Positions 11,215-23,759 of a DNA stretch of 64,000 bases are shown here, piece after piece. Location of the stretch: NCBI GenBank assembly GCA_001643675.2, contig LSRY02000026.1, positions 310,001-374,000 of the forward strand, read 5' to 3'. This stretch comes from Monocercomonoides exilis PA203 (Eukaryota > Protista > Preaxostyla). The first letter of the stretch is position 1, and every line of letters starts with the position of its first letter. A program made the translations under genes and the position numbers. Under the pieces are notes generated by a model, which ran no database searches, was not told the origin of the DNA, and saw only the letters and a program-made list of their open reading frames with translations.

Positions 11215-13307
11215 GTCCAGTTCACAAGGAAACAGAGCAGAGGAGGCACATTGGAGGGAGAACCGCTTTGTTTCTCTCAGCATGGAAGCGAATCGGAGGA
11301 GAGAAATTGATAAGTAGAGGAGTGCAGGCCATGTGGAAGAGCAAGCAGTCCAGGAAAGCTCTCAGCCAAGTGCAGTTCAGAGACGGAGCGTTGCTTCTCA
11401 ACCAACAAAAGATCAAGAAATTCAAGAAAATATCAGAAGAACAAATACGAACAGGAGTCGTTATCCCGATGGAGCAGAAGGATGTGAAATACAGAAGCAA
11501 TGTATTTCTTATTCAAAAGAAGTCAGGCAGCTGGAGACAGATTCTCGATTGTCGGAAACTGAATGCAGCGGTGAAGAGAACACATTACAAGTGCGATGGA
11601 GAAAAGACAGTGGAACGGCTGATAAGACGGAAGGATTACGCTGTATCCCTAGACTTGGAACAAGCTTATTACTTAATCCCAGTCTCAAAGGAGCTAATGC
11701 CCTATCTTGCTTTCAGATTCATGGGAAGAGATTACTCCTTCAAAGGCATGCCTTTCGGCTTTGTGGATGCTCCGCGTCTGTTCACGCATATTATGAGGAA
11801 GGTGACAGCGGAGATAAGAAGGAGATGGGATGTCAGAGTCATTGCCTATTTGGACGACCTACTTTTTCTGCATCAAGATCAGCAAATCTTGAAGAACATA
11901 ATACAGGAGATAATCGTATTTTTGGAAAGCCTCGGTCTGCTGATAAACAAGAAGAAGTGCAACCTCATACCGAGTTCGCAGTTCAGCTTCCTGGGATTCG
12001 AATGGAACACAACCAGCTTCGATGTGTGTCTAACGAAGGAAAGAAAAAAGGCAGTGCGAGAGCTGTGTCGCTCGTGGGAGAGAAGGTGTTTAAGAGCCAA
12101 GACTATCAGAGTGAGGGACTTAGCATCATTCGTGGGAAAGCTCAGTTCTACACGCTTCGTTCTGCCAGACGCATCTTTACACCTCCAATCAATCTTCAAA
12201 TTGTTGCAGAAAGGAGTTTTAACAAACGGATGGGATGGAATGATGAGGCTGAATGCTTCAATCCTCCAGCAGATAAGAAGATGGAGATGGACATTGAGAA
12301 AGAACCCCAGACGCAAATTAAATCCAGTGTTTATTCCAGAAGCAGTTCTAACCACCGATGCATCAGAATGCTCCTGGGGAGCAACCCTCAGACTAAACAG
12401 AATGTCACTAGATTGTCACAGTCGTTTTCCATTCTCCGTGAAAAACCAATCATCCAACTACAGAGAATTAAAAGCAGTAGAACTTGCTTTAACTCGCTTT
12501 GCCCCAATCCTATCAGAAAGTCGTATATCACAGTTACAACTTCGGTCAGACAATTCGGCAGTCGTCTTCAACGTGAACAGATGGAATGCAGGAAGGAATC
12601 TTCACCCGACACTCAAAAGGATATGGACATTGAAGGAGAAATTGAAAATAGTCCTGAAAGCAGTTCATCTCCCCGGATTGCAGAACACAAGAGCTGATGC
12701 CTTATCCCGCCTGGAAAGAGCAGGAGACTACAGCATTACGGACGAAGATCTCTCTCAGATTCTGGAGGTGCTTCAAGTTACTCCGACACTGGACGCCTTT
12801 GCAGCTCAACACAACCACAAGGTCGAGCGTTGGTGCGGAATAGGAAGCCCATTGGGAGAAGACGGTCTGGCATATCCATGGAAGAACGAGTGCGTTCTGG
12901 CACACCCCCCAATTCCACTGATTCCAATGACGATTCGGAAGGCACAGAAGGAGAGAGCACCAGTAATATTACTCCTGCCGAACTGGAAGGGGCAGAACTG
13001 GAATGTGTTAGTGGAGAAGACACATCATCGGACATTCGAATGGAGGAGTCTGAGAACAGTGTTGAGAAAGGGTCCATCAATGGCAAGCACAGGTGCATGT
13101 CTTCCTCCAGGCAGATTGAGAGTCATATTGATCAATCCACCAGAGAGAAAGGCGAGAGCTGGTGGAGAAGGGCGTTGGAAGATAGATCTTTCCCAGTTTC
13201 ATTGGCAGAGGAGTGCATATCGGGAATTGCTCAGTCGACGTGGGTTGGATATTTATTCGGCTTCGCACACTTTGGAGAACAGTGGGAAAAGAGTGATATG
13301 GGCATAA
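11178..13307 (+). CDS. DIRS reverse transcriptase-RNase H-adenine methyltransferase-like polyprotein
   Basis: RT motifs LDLEQAY, MPFG and YLDD. RNase H motifs TTDAS, RELKA, SDN and NTRADALSR. MT-like motifs LDAFA...DGLAYPW...AHPP. Confidence 0.92.
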   Translation: MEQETRGASTILGPVHKETEQRRHIGGRTALFLSAWKRIGGEKLISRGVQAMWKSKQSRKALSQVQFRDGALLLNQQKIKKFKKISEEQIRTGVVIPMEQKDVKYRSNVFLIQKKSGSWRQILDCRKLNAAVKRTHYKCDGEKTVERLIRRKDYAVSLDLEQAYYLIPVSKELMPYLAFRFMGRDYSFKGMPFGFVDAPRLFTHIMRKVTAEIRRRWDVRVIAYLDDLLFLHQDQQILKNIIQEIIVFLESLGLLINKKKCNLIPSSQFSFLGFEWNTTSFDVCLTKERKKAVRELCRSWERRCLRAKTIRVRDLASFVGKLSSTRFVLPDASLHLQSIFKLLQKGVLTNGWDGMMRLNASILQQIRRWRWTLRKNPRRKLNPVFIPEAVLTTDASECSWGATLRLNRMSLDCHSRFPFSVKNQSSNYRELKAVELALTRFAPILSESRISQLQLRSDNSAVVFNVNRWNAGRNLHPTLKRIWTLKEKLKIVLKAVHLPGLQNTRADALSRLERAGDYSITDEDLSQILEVLQVTPTLDAFAAQHNHKVERWCGIGSPLGEDGLAYPWKNECVLAHPPIPLIPMTIRKAQKERAPVILLLPNWKGQNWNVLVEKTHHRTFEWRSLRTVLRKGPSMASTGACLPPGRLRVILINPPERKARAGGEGRWKIDLSQFHWQRSAYRELLSRRGLDIYSASHTLENSGKRVIWA

Positions 13308-14473
13308 TTCCAGAGGATATTCATGAATGGGCAGCTCGATGTTCCAGTATATTTATTACCCTTAGAGACAATGGAATGAGGCTGTCATGTTTGCAACTCA
13401 TCCGCTCAGCAGTTTCATTTTTCACAAGCTTGGTTTACAACACAAATTTAGGGGATATTCCGATAATAAAAATATTGTTTTAAGGGTTTAGAAGAACAGA
13501 GAGGTCAAGAAAAAAGAAGGTCCAAGAAATTTGGAATCCGAAGACCATTCTGACATTCTTTTCTAATCTTGGAGAAAATCAAAGCTTGAGTTTCAAACAT
13601 CTGACAATGAAAGCCATTGTGCTCACCATGCTATTCACTGCGTGCAGGTTTACAGAGTTGGAAAGAGTAGATATGGAAAGATCAAGATTCGAGCATGAAG
13701 GAATATACCTGGACACAAGGCTCAAAACATCGCTTAATCGAACAGAGATTGCCGTTTCTTTTTAAAATGAAAACACGACAATTTGCCCAGCTTCGGCCAT
13801 TCAGGTTTTGTGGGAAGAGATAAAGAAAAGAAAACCAGATGGAAATAAATTGTTTCTAAATACCGAAACTTTTCATCCTCTTACAGTGGAAGGAATTAGA
13901 CGATTGGCAAAGGAGACGTTGAAGGAAGCAGGAATTCCAGGACATTTTACTCCTTATTCAATAAAGGCTGCAATGCTTTCAACGCTAACGATGTCTGGAA
14001 TTCCACCAACTCAGATTGCGAAGTTTGCCCACTTAACCCCTAGAACAGACATTTTGGTGAAGCATTATGTGAAGGCAAATCTTGCATCAACATTGGGGAA
14101 AGTGATTGCCTCAACTATGAATGCTCCCAGTGAAGAGTCAGCAAACAATCCGTGTTCCGAAGATGGTGGCAATGCGTACGCCAGTCCAGAAAGAGACCAG
14201 AGGAACAATAATGATAGACGAGCAATGGAATCTGGGATGGTACTGAGGGACAAGAAGCGCCTGATGAAGCCATGTTTGAGTGAGGAAAAGGCTAAAGATA
14301 CTGTTAAATTCCCTTCCAGAGTGGATGAGCCTGATGAGGAGATGGAGGAACGGAAGTCACTTGGAGAACAATTCATTATTCGAACAAGATCACAAGCAAA
14401 AAAGGAGGAAGAGAGCAACAACGCAAAGAAGACGCACACTGTGGTAGTTATGATGGCTTCATCATCCAACTAA
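12830..14473 (+). pseudogene. DIRS tyrosine recombinase with two in-frame stops
   Basis: One frame contains ACRFTEL, KT, CPA, YSIKAA and VKHY. TAA at 13481-13483 and 13763-13765. Aligns with the open ORF at 61580-62911. Confidence 0.85.
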
Positions 14474-15228
14474 TTGATTCTTTCAAACAAGAGAAGGAAT
14501 TGATTCTCCACTTTCTTTTTTAAACAAAGATGTGGAGTTCGTTCAATGTTGATACATTTTTTGAGGAAAAAAATGAGTGTGATAAGATGCTGGAGAGTTT
14601 TGTTCATTTTCTTCACTTCAAGCATCAGTCTATAGTTCCCTTACCGATTTTGTGATTCCACTTTTTTTCTGTTTCTCCTTCAGCTTCAAAATAAAAATAG
14701 CTGCTTGTTGCATTTCGGAAATGCATCAGACACTTCTTCTCTTCCATTTTCATTGGACATTTTATCGACTTCATCTTTCAATAATTGAATATTCGACACT
14801 TCATCCATCAATAAATTTTGTTTTTTACGCGAAATTCTTCATTTTCATCTCTCTGAAAAAACATTGTCACTACATTTTATATTTAAAAAGTTTCTTTGTG
14901 ACTTGTATTGTCATTGCTTTCTTTTTTTTTTTTTTTTAATTATTCTATTTTATGACAGTACTAGAATTTTTTTGTTTTAATAAAAGTTTTTGATGAAGAT
15001 CAAAGGAATTATTAATTTATTATTAATCACTTGTTTTGCCTGTTCTGAATCAACACTCTTTTTCTGTCAGTTTTTAGGTATAAAGTCACGAAACACACAT
15101 ATTGACCTTTATTAATTCCATATATTATTTGTTTCTCTATTTCTTTTTATGCGTTTTCTACATTTCACTGTATTTGATAAAAAAACTGTATCAACAACAA
15201 TCACTGACTGCACTCCTCCATTTATTTT

Positions 15229-18200
15229 TCAGTTGTTCCGAGATCTTCTCTTCCTGACAACTATAATTGCAATAATCACAACAACCACCACTACCACCAC
15301 AACCACAATAGGAACAACAATAGCAACCACAGTCCCTGCACTCATCTTCTTCTTCTTTTCTGGTTCTGGCTCATCTTTCTTCTCCTTCAGGTATTTCTCA
15401 TACACATCTTCAGGAGCAGCCTCTTCATCTGTTGCCCCCACAATCCATCCTTTGTTGCCATCGTTGTAGTCCTTCGCAAATGCAAAGGCGTCTTTCTGTT
15501 GGCTGAACTTATCAAAGTCTGGAGCAATGATGCACAGTGATGCCACCGATGAATCTTTCCCTTTGTTGTCACCTAACTCAAGTTTGCCTTCACCCGGAAG
15601 TTTCAAATTCTCAACTGCATCTTTCACTTCAATGAGAATAGCTCCTGCCTTTCCACTTGCTGCTTCACACGATTTGAATGAACATTTCTTTTCTCTTCCC
15701 ATTTCCACTTTCGAACCATTATCAACCATCTTGATCAATACACCTGCACACAATCCCTTCGATGATTTCACTCCATTCATGGTCAGCCCTTCTATTCGAA
15801 CACTCGATGCTTTTTCAGCTGCATCTTGGATGTTGATTGCTGCTCCATCTGTCACACTCACTTAGCTGATCTCAACTGTATCTAATTTGACTGAAGAGGA
15901 TTCGTTAATAACAAACAGTGATTTTTCGAATTTCACTTCATTATCGCCCTTGCATTCAACTCCACTCATTATAAGTTCTCCTTCTTTCACATTAACAAGA
16001 TGGAATTTGGCAATTTCTCCAACATTTCTGGGTGCAATTGGCTCTGGTCTCACAAATTTGCAGTTCACAATACTCAACTTAGCACTTTCACAATCTGCAA
16101 CAATCAATGAATGTGGATCGGTATTTGATTCCTCTGGCTCATCCAATGACAATGGGAACAAGAAGGATATTCCTCTGAACTCAACTTCACTCTTGCATGT
16201 GAACAAATGACTTTCTGATTTAACATTACAATCGATCTCCACTTCTGTTTCTTTTTCTTCTCCATTTGCTTTGGATACACCCACAATAGTTATCAATGAA
16301 AATTTCTCAAGTGTAACAGCTGCAGCTTTGAATGATTCATTCGTTTTGATGATATTGATCTTGAAGTTTTCTCCTCCAACACCCACTCCAAACAATTTGT
16401 ATGCTTTATCAAGACTTTTCTTTGGGTTGTCATAGCTCAATCCATTTTTGGTATCATCATCACTTCCTGATGAACTCACATATACATTTGTATTCGGATC
16501 AAAATACACTTCTGTGAAATCAACTTCATTTTCATTATCAGTTCCTTTTGCAACAACAAAGCATTTATTTTCATTTTTCTTGTATCCAGATGCAAAGCTT
16601 TTCTTCATCGCTATTGCCATGTCTCTATGAAGGCTGACTGGCACATCTAAATACAATCCTGTGTTCTTTTCAGCATTCGAAGTTGCATCTGAATCTGAAA
16701 CCTTGCATCCAGTAAATTCTAAATTGGTTCCTGTTTCTGGCCATGTCAGTTCATCTGCTTTTGTTATTCCTGTCATTTCCAGACATATTGCTCCTGATTT
16801 CCCCTTTGTACATGTGCAATTTTCAAATGTTGTTTTCCCAGTGTTTCCAATGGAGAATGTGCTTTCTGCATGTTCGCTCTTCACATAAAGTGCTCCACAT
16901 GTATCTGTTGATGCATCTTCAGATTTGCATTCTGTGAATGTGCATGTGTCCAAATTCACTGAAATAGCTGTGTCTGTATTTCCAACAATTTTCATAACAG
17001 CACTTCCCTTTGATGTGATCTTCTTCAGATTCAATGATGTCAATGAAACAGCTGTCACTGCTGTTGTTGTTCCATCAACCAAAAATGGTATTGCTGAAAA
17101 TGTTACTGGATTATTATCATCTTTGCATTCGACCTTGTTCATTGTCAATGTACCTGCACTCACTTTCACAAGATGAAATTCAACTTCTTCCCCTGTATTT
17201 GAAAGCATCCCAAGTGTATTGGTTTGTGTTGTAAGCTTAAAATCACAAGTATCAATTGTTAGAGAAACTGATCCATCAGTAGCATGAATCAAGGCATATG
17301 GTCCTTCATTTCCTTCAAATTGATTTTTCACTTGTCCAGATGTTGATTTGAAATCGAATATCAAATTCTTGAATGTCACTGTTTTTTGACAGGTGAATAA
17401 GTCCTTTTCAGATATATTGCTACAATCAATCTCAACTTTAGTCTCAGCTTCATTTCCAGTGTCCCCTGCTTCTACCACTCCTTCTATAGTAATTCCTGTC
17501 TCTTTTGCGAATGTCACAGCTTCTGCTTTAAGAACTTCTTGTCCAGATTCTTCTCCTTTTTTCATTATTTTTATTGAAAATTCTCCTGGACCTTTTGATT
17601 TATCCAATAATTCATAAGCTTTTTTTATTGTTTTAAATGGTTTTTCTTTTGTTCCATCTGCTGCGTCATCACTTCCTTCATTTTTAACATATGCCTCATG
17701 TGGATCAAAATATATTGCAGTGAAATCAATATCTTCACCTTCATCAGTTCCCTTAGCTGCAACAAACCAGTCATTTGTTCCTTTCATATAATTTTTGGCA
17801 AATTTCTTTTTCATTTCTGTAGCAATTTCCTTGAACTTTCCACTGTTCACTTCCAAATACAAAAATGTCTGTTTATCTGAACCAGCTTTGCACCCACTAA
17901 CTGTCAATTTTTCTTCCTCAGACCATGTCAGTTTTTCTGCACTATCAATTTTTGTCATCTTCAGATATATCCCACCTGATTTCCCATTGGCACATTCACA
18001 CGAAGAAAATGATGTTTTTGCAGTTAAGTATCGTGGACTTTCTGAAATATTAAATGTACTTGATGTTTCATTGCTTTCAACATACAATGCTCCACTTGTG
18101 GCATTAGATGCTTCTGTTGATATGCAATTGGCAAATGTACACCCATGGACATTGACTTCAATCTTCTCACTATTGTTTCCCACAATCTTCACCACTGCAC

Positions 18201-18966
18201 TTGCACTCGACTCTATGTTATTCAATGTCGATGCAAGAAATGTCACTTTTGTTGCTTTGTCAAACAAAAACGGAGTGGTTGAAAACTTAGCAGTGTTGTT
18301 ATCATCACTGAAAGATACTGCCTCCATGTTGAATTCACCTGCTTCCACTTTCACCAGATGAATATTGGCTGTTTCTGTTTCTGTTGGACGAACAAATTGG
18401 CAAGTGCTAATTGTCAGATTAGGTGATAGTTTATTTGTATTTGTTGTCATGGATGAATGATCAGATGACACTTGAGTTGATCCCCCTGAATTTGCAACCA
18501 ATCGAATAATAGCCAATGTGTTGTCATCATTAGATGCGTTTCCAAGTGATAACGGATATATAAACTTCAGATACTTGAATGTCACATTTTGCTTGCAAGT
18601 GAACAGATCCTTGTTTTCATTTTCATTATTTCCCTCAGTAAGATATGTACAGTTTATTTCCACTAACTCAGGAGTCCCATTTGCACTTTCATTTTGTTTT
18701 CCTTGGATCATTAATGGTTTATCTTTATCAAATTCATTCACTCCTGCTACTAATGCAGATGTATTTTCATCTTGCTTTATAATTGTGATGCTCCATTGTT
18801 CTGCAGTTGTATCATTAAGCTTTGTCAATGCCTCACTAATCTTTCCAACAGGTTTATCAACTGTTCCATTTCCACCAGTTGCTCCACTTTTAACGAACAC
18901 TTCTTTCACATCACCTTCTGCATATATGGAAAGCACAACCTGCAAAAACACAAATGTCAAAAACAT
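15229..18966 (-). CDS. Large surface protein: signal peptide, three beta-helix-like repeat modules, C-terminal TM helix; one in-frame TAA
   Basis: Signal-like MFLTFVFLQVVLSIYA. Repeated (Y/F)V..G.D...G....P.K.I..A and C....SG.IYL motifs. Poly-Val TM followed by RKRRSR. The two called ORFs share a frame across TAA 15862-15864. Confidence 0.75.
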
Positions 18967-20872
18967 TTTCAATCGATGTTCTTTTCTCTCTTCGAATCCA
19001 CAAATCTTGACAGCTTTTCCATTTCATTTGCTCCATCTCTTGTAAAGTGGTTCTCATCCACTCTTGTTTCTTCAAAACTATCACCATATCTTCATCCACT
19101 TTTCAAAAACTCCCAATCAAGCTCATGGACAAACTGAACAAAAGATACAATGTTCCTGATGATATCAAATGATATCGGATGATCTCTTTGATTTTGCTGA
19201 TGGAAAGTTCTTGTTGTGTTTTCTCATAATAAATAATAGGAAGATCTGTCACATCATAATGAATCAAAAACCCTCCATTCACAACTCCCAAACAAATCAT
19301 ATCAAACCAACAATCCTTCTTCTTCTTCTGTTTCTTGTTTCGCTGTATCCCTCTGTTGTTTGATAAATATACATGAAAACTGAAAACATGTTCCAAAAAC
19401 AAAAATTTGAATAATTATAGAAATTATTTTTATTGACAGAATAAACTCAGACAAACATTTTCTTGGCTTCCTTTCCATGGACAACATCTTGACCTCATCA
19501 TGTTCTTTTGTTTCAAGAGTGAGACTAAAAGTCATTTATTATTCTTTCTCCAATTCGAAATACATTACAACAACAAAGTCCATCAATGATGGTCCATTTC
19601 CTTTCCTGCAATCATTCCATCTGTATCCATTCCAAGCCCATCTCTGCCATTTCACATGTGGAATGGAACATGGAACATGGAACATGGAACAAGAACAGAT
19701 CTTCATCGACAAATGTTTGGTTGATCCTCACAAACACATTCAAACATTCAGCAAGGTGTTCATTTTGAAGAGTGGAAGGAAAGTGAAGTTGAGATTACTT
19801 TGACACTATGACAGCCCACACATATTACTGTGCCTTTTGCTGTGTCATTGACGAATACGTGTGTGTTTCCATAAGAAGTTGCTGTCCACTGGCAGTTTGT
19901 CCACACACTTCACACATCGAACAAAACATTAAACAAATATATGTTAAATTGACACAAATGCTTTTCAAACATTCAATCATTTCAATTTGTTTTGTGCATC
20001 TATCAATTTATTTATTGAACAACAAACAAACATTTAAACAACAAAACAACAAAACAACAAAACAATAAAACATGAATATTATCATTATTATCAAATGTTT
20101 CTCTTTCCATTGGCTTTTGTCAATGATTCAACATGTGATTGTGCTCAATGAAAGAAAAATCATCACTGGTTGTTGTATGGAAGTATGTTGAATCATGAAT
20201 TCAATAAATGAAGAACATTATTGAAAACAACAAATGAAATGTATTTTTTTTTATCCATTAAAAACTGCACCATTTGAATGTCAACAAAAATGGTATTGTA
20301 TTAATTCGAAATACACTTATGACAATTGTTATACCCTTTATTTAATTGACACATACCCAGAAAAACAAATCATATTTATTCTGTTTCTTTATTTTTCATG
20401 TGAACTCAGTCTCACAAAAATGTTATCAATTAAACATTATTAACCCTTCCAACTCAATGACAGTTGAGTTCATTTTCACAATTTGTCCTAATTCATTTCA
20501 TATCAAAAGCACAGATAATAGGAAAACTCACAAGAATCAGAAACACTTTCTGAAAAATAATTTTGTTTGAAAAATTCACACATTATTAGACATGTCAAGT
20601 CCAGTATTTTGAATGTGAACCAATCTCTGCAATTAATAATCAGTGAAAAAATGAAACAATGACTTTTATTGATTATCAATAATTTAAAAAGGAATTTTCT
20701 ATGAGTAATATTTATGAATACACTCTTTCTAATGAAATATGAAAATTTTCAATAATTCGAAAAAATACCAAAAAATACAAAGTATGTTTCAAACCATAAA
20801 TTTTAACAATAATTGTACGATTAATGTGTCTGTAGATCTTTGATTGAATTGAGAAAAGAACATCGATTGAAA

Positions 20873-23200
20873 ATGTTTTTGAAATTTGTGTTTTTGCAAG
20901 TTGTGCTTTCCATATGTTCAGAAGATGTAAAAGAAGTGTTTGTTCAAAGCGGGAAAAGTGGAGATGGAACATCGAGTGACCCTTTTGGAAAGATAAGTGA
21001 TGCATATAATAATCTTACTGATACAAATGCAAAAGGATACAACATTACAATTATAAAACAAGATGAAAATACATCTGCATTAGTAGCAGGAGTGAATGAA
21101 TTTGATAAAGATAAACCATTAATGATCCAAGGAAAACAAAATGAAAGTGCAAATGGGACTCCTGAGTTAGTGGAAATAAACTGTACATATCTTACTGAGG
21201 GAAATAATGAAAATGAAAACAAGGATCTGTTCACTTGCAAGCAAAATGTGACATTCAAGTATCTGAAGTTTATATATCCAGTGTCACTTGGAAATCCATC
21301 TAATGATGACAACACGTTGGCTATTATCCGTTTGGTTGCAAATTCAGGGGGATCAACTCAAGTGTCATCTGATCATTCATCCATGACAACAAATACAAAT
21401 AAACTATCACCTAATCTGACAATTAGCACTTGCCAATTTGTTCGTCCAACAGAAACAGAAACAGCCAATATTCATCTGGTGAAAGTGGAAGCAGGTGAAT
21501 TCAACATGGAGGCAGTATCTTTCAGTGATGATAACAACACTGCTAAGTTTTCAACCACTCCGTTTTTGTTTGACAAAGCAACAAAAGTGACATTTCTTGC
21601 ATCGACATTGAATAACATAGAGTCGAGTGCAAGTGCAGTGGTGAAGATTGTGGGAAACAATAGTGAGAAGATTGAAGTCAATGTCCATGGGTGTACATTT
21701 TCCAATTGTAAATCAACAGAAGAAGCTGGAAGTGCAACAAGTGGAGCATTGTATGTTGAAAGTGATCAATCAGATAGCAAATTTAATATTTCAGAAAGTT
21801 CACGATTCTCAGGTACAAAAACAACATTTTCTTCGTGTGAATGTGCCAATGGGAAATCAGGTGGGATATATCTGAAGATGACAAAAATTGATAGTGCAGA
21901 AAAACTGACATGGTCTGAGGAAGAAAAATTGACAGTTAGTGGGTGCAAAGCTGGTTCAGATAAACAGACATTTTTGTATTTGGAAGTGAACAGTGGAAAG
22001 TTCAAGGAAATTGCTACAGAAATGAAAAAGAAATTTGCCAAAAATTATATGAAAGGAACAAATGACTGGTTTGTTGCAGCTAAGGGAACTGATGAAGGTG
22101 AAGATATTGATTTCACTGCAATATATTTTGATCCACATGAGGCATATGTTAAAAATGAAGGAAGTGATGACGCAGCAGATGGAACAAAAGAAAAACCATT
22201 TAAAACAATAAAAAAAGCTTATGAATTATTGGATAAATCAAAAGGTCCAGGAGAATTTTCAATAAAAATAATGAAAAAAGGAGAAGAATCTGGACAAGAA
22301 GTTCTTAAAGCAGAAGCTGTGACATTCGCAAAAGAGACAGGAATTACTATAGAAGGAGTGGTAGAAGCAGGGGACACTGGAAATGAAGCTGAGACTAAAG
22401 TTGAGATTGATTGTAGCAATATATCTGAAAAGGACTTATTCACCTGTCAAAAAACAGTGACATTCAAGAATTTGATATTCGATTTCAAATCAGCATCTGG
22501 ACAAGTGAAAAATCAATTTGAAGGAAATGAAGGACCATATGCCTTGATTCATGCTACTGATGGATCAGTTTCTCTAACAATTGATACTTGTGATTTTAAG
22601 CTTACAACACAAACCAATACACTTGGGATGCTTTCAAATGAAGAGGAAGAAGTGAAATGTTATCTTGTGAAAGTGAGTGCAGGGATATTGATGATTACAG
22701 GTGTTAAATGTGTTAATGATGGGGAAACAGCTTTGTTCAAAGTGACACCGTATTCGGTTGAAGGAGCATAGAAAGTTGTGATAGAGGATGTGGAAATGAA
22801 GAATGTGGAAGTGGAAAAAGAAGCAGCAATGAGCATCAAAAATGGAATAATCGGAGAGGGAAAAGAGATCAAAAAGGATAATAAAAATAAAGAAACAGAA
22901 GAGACAAACGGGATGATTTTGGTTGAAGAAGGGCTTCGAATGGAAGGAGTGAAGCCGAAGAGTGGGAAGACAGCAGTGTTGGAGATAGAGCTGGGAGAGG
23001 AGAATTCGAAGGTGAGATGGGAAGGACAAAAGCATGCACATTCAATGAGTGAAAGGCAGAAAATGTGTAGTCTGGAGCGATATACATTGAGATGGAGCAT
23101 GTGAGTGGGAATCTTAAGCTTCCAGGTGAAGGAAAATATGAGTTGGGCAACAATGATGAGAAAATTCAGTAGCATCGTTGTGCATAATTGTTAATGATAT
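20873..23200 (+). pseudogene. Inverted paralogue of the surface-protein gene, decayed at the 3' end
   Basis: Blocks at about 21047-21700 and 21824-22639 are almost identical to the minus-strand gene. TAG at 22769-22771, then frameshifted remnants (NLKLPGEGK) and no TM segment. The 3' limit is approximate. Confidence 0.75.
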
Positions 23201-23439
23201 TGTTTATTTAGGAAATTCGTAATGCTTCGAATCTACAAACGCAAGGAGCAGGTTTACTCCTCGATAATGAGTATAAGATTCATCCTATGGGTTGCTTAAG
23301 ATCTCACTTCGCCAATACTCAAATTCAATGAAGATCCTTATTATCCGCAATAAAAATGATTCAAACAACCTGTTAGACTATCAGACAAAGACGGCGAGGG
23401 AAAAGAATTAAATCGAATTTTGAAAATAGTAAGAGTGGA

Positions 23440-23757
23440 AAATATTGTTGAATTTATCAGGATCTGGGCTTTTAATAAATCATCTGGGACAAAATATTTA
23501 ACTTCAGGCATTTTCATTGATGAATTATGCACTTTTGATTAACTTTTGGTTTTCAAAAAATTCATTAAATATGTGTTCATATTTTGACATTCATGAAATG
23601 TCACAAAATATAAAATAGTGATATCAATGTTACATGTTAATAGATATGAGAATCCTATTTATTTTGAAGTCTGAAATAGTTTAAGAAATGTATGAGTGAA
23701 ACAATTTTTTTAGATCATTTGCAAAAACAGCTTGAAAGTCCATATTTTCCCCCATCT
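23440..23757 (-). mobile_element. Relic of the Merlin family element
   Basis: Aligns with about 4620-5195 minus the MITE, for example ttcaggcatttt(t)cattga and agcttgaaagtc...attttcccccat. Confidence 0.7.
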
Positions 23758-23759
23758 AG

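Larger units (their letters stand above)
10194..14523 (+). mobile_element. DIRS-type tyrosine-recombinase retrotransposon, copy A (ICR deleted)
   Basis: gag-like ORF, RT-RNaseH-MT ORF and overlapping YR ORF. The left end is nearly identical to copy B. The right end is reduced to a short inverted repeat plus the terminal extension. Confidence 0.92.

Noticed and set aside
11879-12355. Antisense ORFs in the DIRS copies and surface genes
   Set aside because: They are shadows of the sense ORFs with no motifs, and recur only because the parent sequences are duplicated.
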